IMG/VR virus record: IMGVR_UViG_3300042319_000905 | Location: 1 to 24,310 of that record | DNA length: 24,310 nt | Reading direction: 5' to 3' (one strand) | DNA from: a virus | Lineage: Duplodnaviria; Caudoviricetes | Shown: positions 7,867 to 17,740 of the stretch, piece after piece | How positions within the stretch are numbered: position 1 is the first letter of the stretch | Layout: each line of letters begins with the position of its first letter | Notes under the pieces: generated by a model | The model's input: only the letters and a program-made list of their open reading frames with translations | What the model was told of the DNA's origin: nothing | Databases searched by the model: none | Translations under genes and position numbers: made by a program

Positions 7867-8865
7867 TTATGTTATACTACCAGATACTAACGCTATATTA
7901 GAAGTAACAAAAAGAATTGTCGCAATGCCACGGGTAGAAATATCAAATGTACTTACATCCCCATCAATTCCACTCTTATATACAGTTGTAACTGCTTGAA
8001 CATCGCATGTAATCGCATTTGCGGTATTATTAAATAATGAAAACGCATCGCCAGCGGCAAAAACGTTAGCTGTGAGGGTAACGTTTCCACCTGTACCTAA
8101 AATAATAAGTTTACCAACATCCCCTACCACAGGGTTATATGTGGTAGTTTTTTCACTTGAAGCTGGTAAATTTTTATAACCTACGGGGTTTGTACCATCT
8201 GCAGTACAGGAAATAAGGTTACCGGAAGCAGGTACCCCGAGTGCTGGAGCTACAAAAGTCTTATTAGTTAGAGTCTGGATACCATTTAAGGTAACAGCTG
8301 TGCCCCCGCTACCCCCAACCGATGCAAATACATCCCATGTATTACCTGTGTATACCAATTGTACACTAGCGCCATCTATATCTAATATTAGATCATCTGC
8401 TGCATTTTCAATAGTTGAACCATTTCTGGCGACTGTTACAGCGTTAGCACCAAAAACTCCATATGAATCTGCTATTACCACCTGATTACCTACTGCAGGT
8501 GAAGCAGGTAACGTTATAGTAAATGCACCAAGTGCGGTATTAGCAAGAACACCTTCGTTATTATTAATGTTGTAATTGGCAGACTTAACCACATAAGACA
8601 GACCGCTGGCAGGCAATGCACTACTTGCCCACACATTACCATTACTGGTCAACACATTGCCACTAGAACCAACTGCGTATGTAATAGAGTTAATTGCAGA
8701 CACCAGGTTGGCATTAGCTGTCGTACTTAAATTAGACAGAACCCCTAACGTAATATTAATGTTAGAAAAGTTATTGTCCACTTCCGAATTAGTCAGAGGC
8801 GTACCCTTTACGGTAGACTCTGGACTAGAGATCGAATTAGCGGTTCTTAAGAGTATCGTTGCCAT
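7867..8865 (-). CDS. Fibre connector protein with T4 gp9/gp10-like beta-sandwich (332 aa)
   Basis: N-terminal KGTPLTNSEVDNNFSNIN fibre-anchor-type motif. Central NTALGAFTITLPASPAVGNQVVIAD...VTVARNGSTI...DLILDIDGASVQLVY...W module resembles gp9/gp10-type domains. C-terminal domain is paralogous to that of the 211-aa protein. SD AAGGT. Confidence 0.65.
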   Translation of the reverse strand: MATILLRTANSISSPESTVKGTPLTNSEVDNNFSNINITLGVLSNLSTTANANLVSAINSITYAVGSSGNVLTSNGNVWASSALPASGLSYVVKSANYNINNNEGVLANTALGAFTITLPASPAVGNQVVIADSYGVFGANAVTVARNGSTIENAADDLILDIDGASVQLVYTGNTWDVFASVGGSGGTAVTLNGIQTLTNKTFVAPALGVPASGNLISCTADGTNPVGYKNLPASSEKTTTYNPVVGDVGKLIILGTGGNVTLTANVFAAGDAFSLFNNTANAITCDVQAVTTVYKSGIDGDVSTFDISTRGIATILFVTSNIALVSGSIT

Positions 8866-8890
8866 GTAATTACCTTACAGTATTCTTTTG

Positions 8891-8911
8891 AATATTTATT
8901 GTTTATTTATC
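8891..8911 (-). promoter_or_regulatory. Candidate degenerate late promoter(s)
   Basis: GATAAATA (8904-8911) and AATAAATATT (8891-8900), each one mismatch from TATAAATA, upstream of ATG 8865. The context is AT-rich. Confidence 0.4.
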
Positions 8912-9145
8912 TGTCTTAGATTGACTGATTAAAGTACGAAGCATATCTTTAAGTTCATCAAGTTCTTGCTTCATACTATACATTTCTTTTTCTAGACTCT
9001 CGGTAGAATTAGCCGTCTTTTGAGCCAGTGTTCTCTGGTTAATATAGTTCTGCCTGGCTACTTGATCTACTACCAAAATAGCTTTTGAATTAGGATCCCT
9101 ATACAGGGTAGGGTGATCCTTAACTTTTAATACTTGTTTAATCAT
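8903..9145 (-). CDS. Small conserved protein with C-terminal coiled coil (80 aa)
   Basis: KVKDHPTLYRDPNSKAIL motif, of the type I recall downstream of VrlC-like genes in T4-like cyanophages. Coiled coil LEKEMYSMKQELDELKDMLRTLI. ATGA overlap with the upstream gene. Confidence 0.75.
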   Translation of the reverse strand: MIKQVLKVKDHPTLYRDPNSKAILVVDQVARQNYINQRTLAQKTANSTESLEKEMYSMKQELDELKDMLRTLISQSKTDK

Positions 9146-10977
9146 TCTAAAGCAATAATTCTTAGATCTTTAACCTTAGGATAAGTGGCAATACTAGTAG
9201 ATTTAAGCACTACTTTAATTACAAACGCATTAAAAGATGCTAAACTATCTACAAGTTTTTCAATGTCAACAAACTGACCATCGACGGTATTTTTAATAGT
9301 AGGTAAAGATAATTGGGTATATTCTTTAGTATCAAAACTTATTGCTTCACTACCGTTTTGTAATTTATAATATACTTCAACGTCTGCTCCAGCCGGCTTA
9401 GATACTGCAAACCGTACTAATAAACTAGTTGCAGGCGTTGCAAGTTCAATTTTCCTAGTTACATAATTTGAACGAGTACTACTTCCTGAAGCAGCTTCAT
9501 CAGAAACATACATTGGTCTGTAAACAATACTTGTTACGTTGCCAGAAGGAACAGCATTAGATACTGGTATACTAAAAGATGCACCTTCATTAGAGACTGC
9601 CGTCAATCTGAATGTACCATTGTTAGTGACAGCACCAGATGTGGTAATGGTAACAAAGGCCCCTGGTACCATGGTCTTAACGTTTGCTTTTTCTAATGCT
9701 CCCCCTATTGTTACATTACCTGTTCCATTGAATGAAATAAGGGTATTAGCATTAGCAATAGTAACTAGATCTGTACTTAAGTTATCGGCTGTAGAAGGAG
9801 AATTAATATCCGGTGTTATAAACAATGCACTGGTAAAAGGAAGATCAATCGTGGGGGATACAAAACCATCGCTAGTTTTTAATTCTAATCTGTAAACAAA
9901 ACTCTCTGCCCCTGCCATAGAAATAGAAGCATTTTGATTATCTACTAATAATCTTTCAGTATTATAATAAATAGTATCCGGATTAAAAGATTCAAAACTA
10001 CTAACCGTAAAAGACGTATCAGTAGTTTTTAATTTATGGTTAATAACAGTTCTTGGAGGTGTCGTAGTACTGATTGCTGGATATATAGCAGAAAATTTAC
10101 GAGGTGTTGTAGCTGTAATTCCTCCACCTCCAAATCTACCACTAGTTATATTACCAGTAATAAAAGAGTTAGCTGCCGTAGCAACTGTATAACCATTAGC
10201 AACCACGTTACTTACTGTTAGATATGTATTTGCTAGTAAAAGAGTAGGTATGTTGCTAATAGATACTGTATTGCCTGAAGTATTAGCTTCATATGCAAAA
10301 TGTCCAGGTATACCATCGTACTTAACAACTGAACCATTTGTAAACCCGTGGTTTTTATGGTATACTCTTAAAATGGATTGACCATTAAACGCCTGAAAGG
10401 GGTTATTTTCAAGCAAAGCCAAGGTAGGCTGTTTAAGAGAATTTTTAGAAACAATTAAATCAACAGTAGCTACCTGGGAGGTAACGTTGGCGCGGTATAT
10501 TTTAAACTTTACGTCGCGAGTCTGATCTACTGTCCAATTAACTCCATTGGTAGACATAAGCATAACCCCTGAATAGGGTTGCTTAAAGATGGTGGAGCCA
10601 GTAGCATTATCTTCTCCTCCTATTTGTCCAACATAAACCCGATGTTTTTTGCTATCAGAGGATAAAGCAAAACAGTATTGCCCAGACTCTAAATTTATAG
10701 GTACAGGAAATGTAAAACTAGTAGCTACAGCTGCATTTGCAGACGTGTTAATATTATCGGAATCAACTACAACTATTGAGTTAGGTAGAATAGATGAACT
10801 GGGAATACCATTTTCAAGTTTTCTAACAGAAAGTTCCACAGGTAATTTATCATGTTTTTCACTAAAAAATAAATCAATTTTAGTTAGAAGTAAGTTTCTG
10901 TCGACAAAAAAGGATTGAGCAAGTGTGTCTGAATAACCACTTAACCCTGTTCCACCGTCTGCATTTAGACTAGGCAT
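9142..10977 (-). CDS. C-terminal half of VrlC/DUF4815-like virion structural protein (611 aa)
   Basis: Starts with DTLAQSFFV...LTKIDLFFSEK...PVELSVR, has QPYSGVMLMSTNG..WT.DQTRDVKFKIYRA, and ends YPKVKDLRIIAL. These are hallmarks of the C-terminal part of VrlC-like proteins. Has its own SD AAGGA. Confidence 0.75.
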   Translation of the reverse strand: MPSLNADGGTGLSGYSDTLAQSFFVDRNLLLTKIDLFFSEKHDKLPVELSVRKLENGIPSSSILPNSIVVVDSDNINTSANAAVATSFTFPVPINLESGQYCFALSSDSKKHRVYVGQIGGEDNATGSTIFKQPYSGVMLMSTNGVNWTVDQTRDVKFKIYRANVTSQVATVDLIVSKNSLKQPTLALLENNPFQAFNGQSILRVYHKNHGFTNGSVVKYDGIPGHFAYEANTSGNTVSISNIPTLLLANTYLTVSNVVANGYTVATAANSFITGNITSGRFGGGGITATTPRKFSAIYPAISTTTPPRTVINHKLKTTDTSFTVSSFESFNPDTIYYNTERLLVDNQNASISMAGAESFVYRLELKTSDGFVSPTIDLPFTSALFITPDINSPSTADNLSTDLVTIANANTLISFNGTGNVTIGGALEKANVKTMVPGAFVTITTSGAVTNNGTFRLTAVSNEGASFSIPVSNAVPSGNVTSIVYRPMYVSDEAASGSSTRSNYVTRKIELATPATSLLVRFAVSKPAGADVEVYYKLQNGSEAISFDTKEYTQLSLPTIKNTVDGQFVDIEKLVDSLASFNAFVIKVVLKSTSIATYPKVKDLRIIALE

Positions 10978-11006
10978 TTATTTTCCTTGATATACATTTT
11001 ATTTAA

Positions 11007-14000
11007 TTAGGGGTATTGACTTGCGACACCATTAGTTCTTAAAGTGTCCCAGGCTGAGTTTCCTGATGCTCCATCTTCAATAATACTTAGGGTAATAGCT
11101 GCAGCATAATTTGCGATCGCTGTCTGTATTCCCGCTTCCGTATTAGGGAAAGAACCGTTAGCAAGTCCAACTTCCCAGAACGAAAGCATATCGGCAGTAG
11201 GGGTACCAGCATCGACAATTGTTGCTACCGTTTCTTTTGTTGCTTCAAAAATTGGAACAATTGTTGTATTAAAATCGGCGCCTGTTATCGAAGCAACTCT
11301 TTCTGTAAAACCATTACCACTACTATCAGTAGCAGAGAGAATGTTGGTTGCTGTAAGATACTTATTTACAGTAAGCCCGTTTGGTAATACGTAACCGGGA
11401 TCTGCTAAGGCAGATGTAGGGTTAATTGTAGCAATGGCAGGGCCGGATTGGAAGGAATATTGAGTTCCTCCATCATTCGCAACCACTTCTCTATTAAAAT
11501 CATAACCAGCAGGGGTATTGACTGCAGCTTGTTGTATAACAGTAAGTGAGCTACCTCTCTCAGCAGCATATGCTGCAACAGCATCCCTATACGCTTGCGC
11601 CGCTGCTGGATCAGAACACCAATTATAATTAGCTCCAGCTCCTTCATTGTATAATGCACCTACCACTATGTAATCTAAAGCTATTACAGGCGCCTTTGGT
11701 GGCTGAACAGGAAGGCCACAAACTGTAACTGGAGGGAATGGAGGTTGCGGTCCAGTACCTGGCTCGCCTCCTCCAGTATATACTTGTGGCTCGTATACTG
11801 GAGACACAGTATTTGCAGGAGGCGGTGAGGAAGTATCTACAAAAACAACCGGTGGAGTATATACTACCCTTGGAGGTTCAGTATATGAAATTGTACCGCT
11901 TGCTGTATATATGGCGTCAGCAAAAGATTCTTTATCACTGCTATCAGTTGGAGAATCGGTGAGTCTAAATTTAACCGAACCAGCAGGGATCCTGAGACTG
12001 TTTATATCTAAGTTATAGTTAAACGTACCTGTAACAGTCCCCTTGTCATCGGTAATTATATCAGCATTTGCGGTAAGAAAATCGCCGGTAAATGTAACAT
12101 TTGAAGTAGTATTAGCACTCTTACAGAAATCGGTAACATTGTATTCATTAAAAAAGGCAAACATTTTTGTATTAGGTTTAAGCTTTTTAGCTGTAAATCT
12201 AATCGATGCGCTACGTATGAATGGAAAGACTGCATTGGTAGAACTACCTGTGGTGCTGGCATCTGTAATTACCACACCACCTTGTACCGCCTTTGCAGCA
12301 TCTTTGTTTGACGGTGTGTACCAAAACTGCTTCCAAGATCCCCATACAGAACCATAGGTTGCTTCACCTACAGAATCTGGAATAAAAGTATCGTAGGCAC
12401 CAGTATCATCTCTGTATATCAATGGTTTATCTGATGTGCTAAACCATGTGTCACCTGGAGGGGAAAGAGTCATTGATCCTGTAAAAGTATAATTGTCATA
12501 CGGGTTAATACTTTCGACAGAATCGGAAAAATCATTAACAATATATGGTAGATCTTCATACTGTAGCATTACAGTATTATTCTTTACTACATATCCGTTA
12601 TTAGTTCTATTTGCTGCAGTGGGGGTTTGTTCAACTAATTTAAAATTATCTTGAATAAATGCAGGTTTTAATTCCCCACTATCAAAATCCATAGAGATGT
12701 TATAATCTAAATTGCGTACATCACCAATACCATGCCCTTTAAATGCTTCTACTACGAAACCATTTTTAAATCTATCTAATCCAAAACTATCTTTGACTGA
12801 AAATACCGCAGTATCTAATTCCAATAAAGACAAGGTAGTATAGTACTCAAGATTTTTAATTCGGTTTTCTAGTTTACCAATATCTTTCATGGTATAGCGT
12901 TTTTGGTCTATAGCATAAAAGATTGAGTCTCTATTAATATTAAACCCGTATGCGGGGTGCTCTACTACAAATAGTGGCATAGCTTCAACCGGTATTAAAG
13001 GCTCTACAGGCTCAAGGCTTGATATACCTTCTTTATACGTTATCTTGCCATCACTGGTAATAAAGATTTTATCGGTTCTAGGTAAATAATAAGAATAGTC
13101 AGTTTGAAAATCGCTCGCATAATCTAAAAATTCATTTCTTACTGCTCCGGTATTTTTAAAGTTTACACCGTCGTTAGAAATTCTCGGTCTTAGGTCAATA
13201 GAGTCTCTTAAAGAATAAACTATACCTTGATCTTTAAAGGTAGGGATAGTATCATAGTCTGGGTATGACTCAGCGCTAAAGTAATCCCCTGTACCATGCG
13301 TAAAGAAATCATAATGTATTTTTATAGGGCCTACAGGAGCAGGCTTACCAGGTTTTAATTTAATCTTAGATATACCGTAGTAAGTAGAAGTTTGGCCACT
13401 CTCTAAAGTATAATTATCTGAAATATCAATTGAATTGCTTTCAAGATAAGACGTTCCAAAAGCATTAGCTGACATTCTTACATTAGATAAACTATATGCA
13501 TCTGCAACACCAAGAGAGATGACGGTTGCTTGACAATCAGTTCTGGTAGTATAGGTAGCCGAAGTAGAAGTAGAGGTCTTTGCTTTGGCTGCAGGATCGC
13601 TCTTAATAATAGTGGTATAAACTAATACGTCTTGATTGGTCAACCCGTAGTCAGTAAGGTCAATAGATATGTTACGATTGGTAGGTGCATCGGTAAAGGT
13701 AATTTCATCTGATTCAATTTTATATAATTTACCAGCATTACCCCCGCTTACTACAACAGCAAAATAATCTTGATCTGTTCTTGAAGCAAATGTTGTTCCA
13801 ACTGCCGTAGTTAAAGCTACTATGTTTGCAGAAAGTGTACCGTAAAATACTCTTCTTGTACGTAAAGTAATATCACTAAGATCTTTGATTACGTTATTTG
13901 GCATTGGAAAAATATATGATGCTTTATCATTATCAACCAAAACTGCTTGATCTCTAGTTGTATTTACACCAGAAATAGTTGCGAGGGGGTAATTTCTGTC

Positions 14001-15596
14001 TATTGTTAAATCAGAATTAGAAGTTACTGCAATAATTCGATACGAATTAGAGGTATCGGAATTAAATTTAATATAATCACCAACCTCTAAGTCAGAGGTA
14101 AATACAGAGTTAACCCCTGTAATAGTATTGCTTCCGTTTGTTATAGTAACTGTACCTGTAACTAAGGTATTTGTAGATGGAACTATGTTAGCTGTAAAAG
14201 CTGTTGAAACATAACCAGTATCAGAAACACTTGCATGGTACAGCTGTTTTACATCTCTTTCAAACGTATACCCGCTATTCATATTAATATCAAATAAGAA
14301 GGTATTGAAGGTGGAGGCGGCCAACATGGCATTGCTTGAAGGAGATTCAAAGCCTCTAACCTTTGCATTACCTACTAGCGTACCTGCAGGAGAGCCAGGC
14401 GTGGCAGTATACTGATCGTAAAGATTTATATCTATTAAGTTAGAAGTAAAGTTAGGAATACCGAATGCATCTTTTATTTCTACATAATTACCAATAGGGG
14501 TTCTAACTACTGCATTAGTAACGTTAGCAGTATCTCTGGGCTTGCTAAAAGTAAAATAACGATTAGATTGAGTTTCAACTTCGTAACCTTTTACATAACT
14601 TTTACCCGGGGTTAAGATAGCAATAGCAAGATTGGCGTTACCTTGGGCATTGCCTGTAAAACCGGTAAGGTCTGCAGAGGTAGCAGCATGCTCTATAAAT
14701 TTAAGATTAAATGGCTTTACCGTGTAGTCACCAGATTCATCAAAAGTTCTTCTGGCTAATTCATCTGCTAAAATATTGTAACCAGGCTTATCTACTAAAT
14801 TAGTTTCTTGACCATTAACTACTCTTAATAATTCTATAAAATTATCTGAGTCGTTAGTACTAAACGATCTTTTATTAAGAGACAGTTCTATTTTATATCT
14901 ATCCGCACCTGGTGCAAAATAATTAAAAGTACTAATAGCAGGGTCTAAAAGCGATTCATCATCTTCGCTGTTAATCGCAGATTCTACTATTTCAAGTCCT
15001 ACTCTATAGTTAGAATTACTAAGGTACTTATCCAGAATAATAGTATTAGCAAATACTTTAACAAAATGGTCTTTAACAAAATATACACCATCACTGATAC
15101 TTGCCCCCAGGCACTTCCCAGTAGATGAAACAGTAGCACTGTAAAGTGTACCTGTATCATTTGTAACAATATCTTCAGCCGCACTAAAGGTGCTAGCAGT
15201 TCTACTGGTACCAGAATCTAAATATTTAACAAAAATTGTAGGAGGGTCAATAGCTGTAGCAGGCTCGACCTTCATTACTATAGCTCTGATTCCAGACGTC
15301 TGACCAATCATCTCTCTATTAAGATAATTAGTAACGTCAATATCCGTAGAATTGAATGTTGACAGTAGCTTTACAAAATTAAAGTTTTGATCAAATTTAA
15401 CGTTACCTGGTATAACCATTGAACCAGGTTTAAACACATGGTTACCGAATCTTGAAACTTGATTTTGAAGTATATTTTGAAGTTGGTTTAGTTCTCTTGC
15501 CTGAACAGCCACACCAGGTTTAAAAAGAATACGGTGAAAGCCCTTACTCTCATTGTAGTCATCGTAGTACGGATCGGTGTTAAAATTAATCGCCAT
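11007..15596 (-). CDS. DUF4815/VrlC-like large virion structural protein, N-terminal part (1529 aa)
   Basis: NFNTDPYYDDY...FHRILFKPGVAVQARELNQLQ, APGADRYKI, LARRTFDESGDYTV, KRYTMKDIGKLENRIKNLEYYTTLSLLE and DRFKNGFVV motifs. Positioned after gp8 as in T4-like cyanophages. Confidence 0.85.
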   Translation of the reverse strand: MAINFNTDPYYDDYNESKGFHRILFKPGVAVQARELNQLQNILQNQVSRFGNHVFKPGSMVIPGNVKFDQNFNFVKLLSTFNSTDIDVTNYLNREMIGQTSGIRAIVMKVEPATAIDPPTIFVKYLDSGTSRTASTFSAAEDIVTNDTGTLYSATVSSTGKCLGASISDGVYFVKDHFVKVFANTIILDKYLSNSNYRVGLEIVESAINSEDDESLLDPAISTFNYFAPGADRYKIELSLNKRSFSTNDSDNFIELLRVVNGQETNLVDKPGYNILADELARRTFDESGDYTVKPFNLKFIEHAATSADLTGFTGNAQGNANLAIAILTPGKSYVKGYEVETQSNRYFTFSKPRDTANVTNAVVRTPIGNYVEIKDAFGIPNFTSNLIDINLYDQYTATPGSPAGTLVGNAKVRGFESPSSNAMLAASTFNTFLFDINMNSGYTFERDVKQLYHASVSDTGYVSTAFTANIVPSTNTLVTGTVTITNGSNTITGVNSVFTSDLEVGDYIKFNSDTSNSYRIIAVTSNSDLTIDRNYPLATISGVNTTRDQAVLVDNDKASYIFPMPNNVIKDLSDITLRTRRVFYGTLSANIVALTTAVGTTFASRTDQDYFAVVVSGGNAGKLYKIESDEITFTDAPTNRNISIDLTDYGLTNQDVLVYTTIIKSDPAAKAKTSTSTSATYTTRTDCQATVISLGVADAYSLSNVRMSANAFGTSYLESNSIDISDNYTLESGQTSTYYGISKIKLKPGKPAPVGPIKIHYDFFTHGTGDYFSAESYPDYDTIPTFKDQGIVYSLRDSIDLRPRISNDGVNFKNTGAVRNEFLDYASDFQTDYSYYLPRTDKIFITSDGKITYKEGISSLEPVEPLIPVEAMPLFVVEHPAYGFNINRDSIFYAIDQKRYTMKDIGKLENRIKNLEYYTTLSLLELDTAVFSVKDSFGLDRFKNGFVVEAFKGHGIGDVRNLDYNISMDFDSGELKPAFIQDNFKLVEQTPTAANRTNNGYVVKNNTVMLQYEDLPYIVNDFSDSVESINPYDNYTFTGSMTLSPPGDTWFSTSDKPLIYRDDTGAYDTFIPDSVGEATYGSVWGSWKQFWYTPSNKDAAKAVQGGVVITDASTTGSSTNAVFPFIRSASIRFTAKKLKPNTKMFAFFNEYNVTDFCKSANTTSNVTFTGDFLTANADIITDDKGTVTGTFNYNLDINSLRIPAGSVKFRLTDSPTDSSDKESFADAIYTASGTISYTEPPRVVYTPPVVFVDTSSPPPANTVSPVYEPQVYTGGGEPGTGPQPPFPPVTVCGLPVQPPKAPVIALDYIVVGALYNEGAGANYNWCSDPAAAQAYRDAVAAYAAERGSSLTVIQQAAVNTPAGYDFNREVVANDGGTQYSFQSGPAIATINPTSALADPGYVLPNGLTVNKYLTATNILSATDSSGNGFTERVASITGADFNTTIVPIFEATKETVATIVDAGTPTADMLSFWEVGLANGSFPNTEAGIQTAIANYAAAITLSIIEDGASGNSAWDTLRTNGVASQYP

Positions 15597-15606
15597 CTCT
15601 TACCTG

Positions 15607-17739
15607 TTATAATTTGATTACTGTTCTTAGTGTAACTAACTGTTGTTCGCTGTAGCTAACTGATGTTCTATTATCAATGTACAGCAAGTCACCGCTAAAT
15701 TTATTTATCGTGGGGGAAATTGTCAGATCTGTAATGGCATAGTCTAAATCTGAAGTTTCATCTGTCAATACATCACCTGTACTTACGTCGTGATTGTTTT
15801 TGTTCTGAACTAGTATCTGATTGCTAGAAGGTACTATTTCAACGACTTCAAAATATCGTTTTGAACCACCAGCTTCATGTGCCAAAACAGTATCTCGTTC
15901 GAGCCCTACAATTGTATCAAGTGTAACTAAATAACATGCACTTCCAATAACATTGGCAAATGCTCGCTCATTACCATATTGTTTTAAATCTTTAATAATA
16001 CCAAACTGTCTGTAATCATTCTTTACATCAACACCTAGGTTCTTTTCATTATTTATGGTAGAGGTAAACATCAAAGTATCCGCAAACAGTTCACTGACTG
16101 GATCACTACCATGTCCTCTGTATGGGGAAATAATAGCTGATGCATTAGCATTAGCCCCGTCCCCTGTTATGGTTACATTTGCATACGTGTAACCCGAACC
16201 CGGAGTCAGTACAGAGATGTAACTGATAGTATTATTAACTATAACTGCATTGCCGGTGAAGCTAATACCGTCTCCAGATACGGTGACGTTAGCGTATGAA
16301 TAACCGTTACCCACATTACCAACTCTCAATGCATGAATACCACCATCCACCGCAGAAAGCTCTACCACAGTCTGTAAGGTATCAATATCGTCTACAGATA
16401 GATTGGCGAATAGATTAGCACCTGTACCTGTTGCACTTGCAACAGTCAAGTTTAAATAGGAATAACCATTTCCGCGGTTTTCAATTATAACATCTTCAAT
16501 TTGACCGGCAGTATTAACAAAGGGTGTAGCAACAAAGCCTGTACCATCACCAATTGCTGAAATAGTTGTTTGAACGTTAGAACTGTATTTCGTACCTTCG
16601 TCTTCAATTAAAACAGAATGGATAGTACCGTTACGTAACACCGGGGTCAGAATAGCAGAGGTTGCAAAGAACAAGTTAGCAGTTGCATTAGAAGTAGGCT
16701 GACTGTTACCAGTTGTACTGATAGAAATTGTAGTATTTGCTCGGGCACCGGTTATGTAACCTGTACCTTTATTAGTCAACACAACATCTACCAGTGCATT
16801 GCTACTGAATATTAAATTAGCAAAAGCATTCGATGAAGGCTGTATGAGACCTGATGTAGTTATAGTTGCTGTAGTATTAGCAATAGCAGCTGCACTATAA
16901 CCTGTACCGGCGCTGAATATTCTTACATTGCTGATACTGTTAAGAAGACTTGTCCCTGTACCACCACCATCATTAATGGTAATAGTTGCGGTCTTATAAT
17001 TTGCTCCTACATCTCTAATCTTTACATCAATAAATTCCCCGGATGTATTAAACACCGGAGTTAAATTTGCGATTGAGTTGCCAGTTTTACCTAAGAACTC
17101 ACCAGTTACAGTTAGGGTAACATCATCATTACCAGTATAACCTGAACCGGCATTATTAATTGTAATGCTACTTACTTCACCTTCTGAATAGTATGCATTT
17201 GTTACCGCTCTTTGCACTGGCATAAAATCTGATGTTAAGAATCGATTTTGTGAAGAAAGAGGGATGGTATAAAGATACTTCCAAACATAACCGTCAGCTG
17301 TAGTGATTGTAGTGATGTCTTGGCCCGAGGGCTCAACTGTTGATACAGCGTTGTTATTATTAAATATACATTTATATACACCAAACGAGCTTGTCAATAC
17401 ATAGAAGTTAGCTGTCTTAATACTTGTAGCGCCAGAATAGGCTGTAAAAGTACTGCTGTAATTACCATCAAATTGATCATATACTGTACCTGTAGTCCAG
17501 TTTTTTCTCGAAACTACATAGGAAACGTCTCTTAAATTAATCTTCTTAACACTAAGAATACCATTACGCGTCTTGTATTCATAGTCCTGCGTAACTTCGG
17601 GGGTTTCCGGGGTCTGTGGACTGGCCCACTCAATTATATTACCAATAAAATAGTAATAGTTCGCTCTTCGCGATAAGAATTCATTATAAACACTATCCAC
17701 CAACGAACGGTGAATAGTATCTTTTAAGAGAAAAGACAT
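15607..17739 (-). CDS. gp8: Baseplate wedge subunit gp8 (710 aa, repeat-expanded)
   Basis: WTTGTVYDQF, FYVLTSSFGVYKCIFNN, DGYVWKYLYTI, GHGSDPVSEL, DYRQFGIIKD and SGDLLYIDNR motifs of T4 gp8-family proteins, plus synteny. Confidence 0.88.
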   Translation of the reverse strand: MSFLLKDTIHRSLVDSVYNEFLSRRANYYYFIGNIIEWASPQTPETPEVTQDYEYKTRNGILSVKKINLRDVSYVVSRKNWTTGTVYDQFDGNYSSTFTAYSGATSIKTANFYVLTSSFGVYKCIFNNNNAVSTVEPSGQDITTITTADGYVWKYLYTIPLSSQNRFLTSDFMPVQRAVTNAYYSEGEVSSITINNAGSGYTGNDDVTLTVTGEFLGKTGNSIANLTPVFNTSGEFIDVKIRDVGANYKTATITINDGGGTGTSLLNSISNVRIFSAGTGYSAAAIANTTATITTSGLIQPSSNAFANLIFSSNALVDVVLTNKGTGYITGARANTTISISTTGNSQPTSNATANLFFATSAILTPVLRNGTIHSVLIEDEGTKYSSNVQTTISAIGDGTGFVATPFVNTAGQIEDVIIENRGNGYSYLNLTVASATGTGANLFANLSVDDIDTLQTVVELSAVDGGIHALRVGNVGNGYSYANVTVSGDGISFTGNAVIVNNTISYISVLTPGSGYTYANVTITGDGANANASAIISPYRGHGSDPVSELFADTLMFTSTINNEKNLGVDVKNDYRQFGIIKDLKQYGNERAFANVIGSACYLVTLDTIVGLERDTVLAHEAGGSKRYFEVVEIVPSSNQILVQNKNNHDVSTGDVLTDETSDLDYAITDLTISPTINKFSGDLLYIDNRTSVSYSEQQLVTLRTVIKL

Positions 17740-17740
17740 A

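Noticed and set aside
10978-11009. Programmed frameshift or pseudogene joining the two VrlC halves
   Set aside because: The downstream ORF has its own SD and ATG, the spacer is AT-rich, and I saw no canonical slippery heptamer just before the stop.
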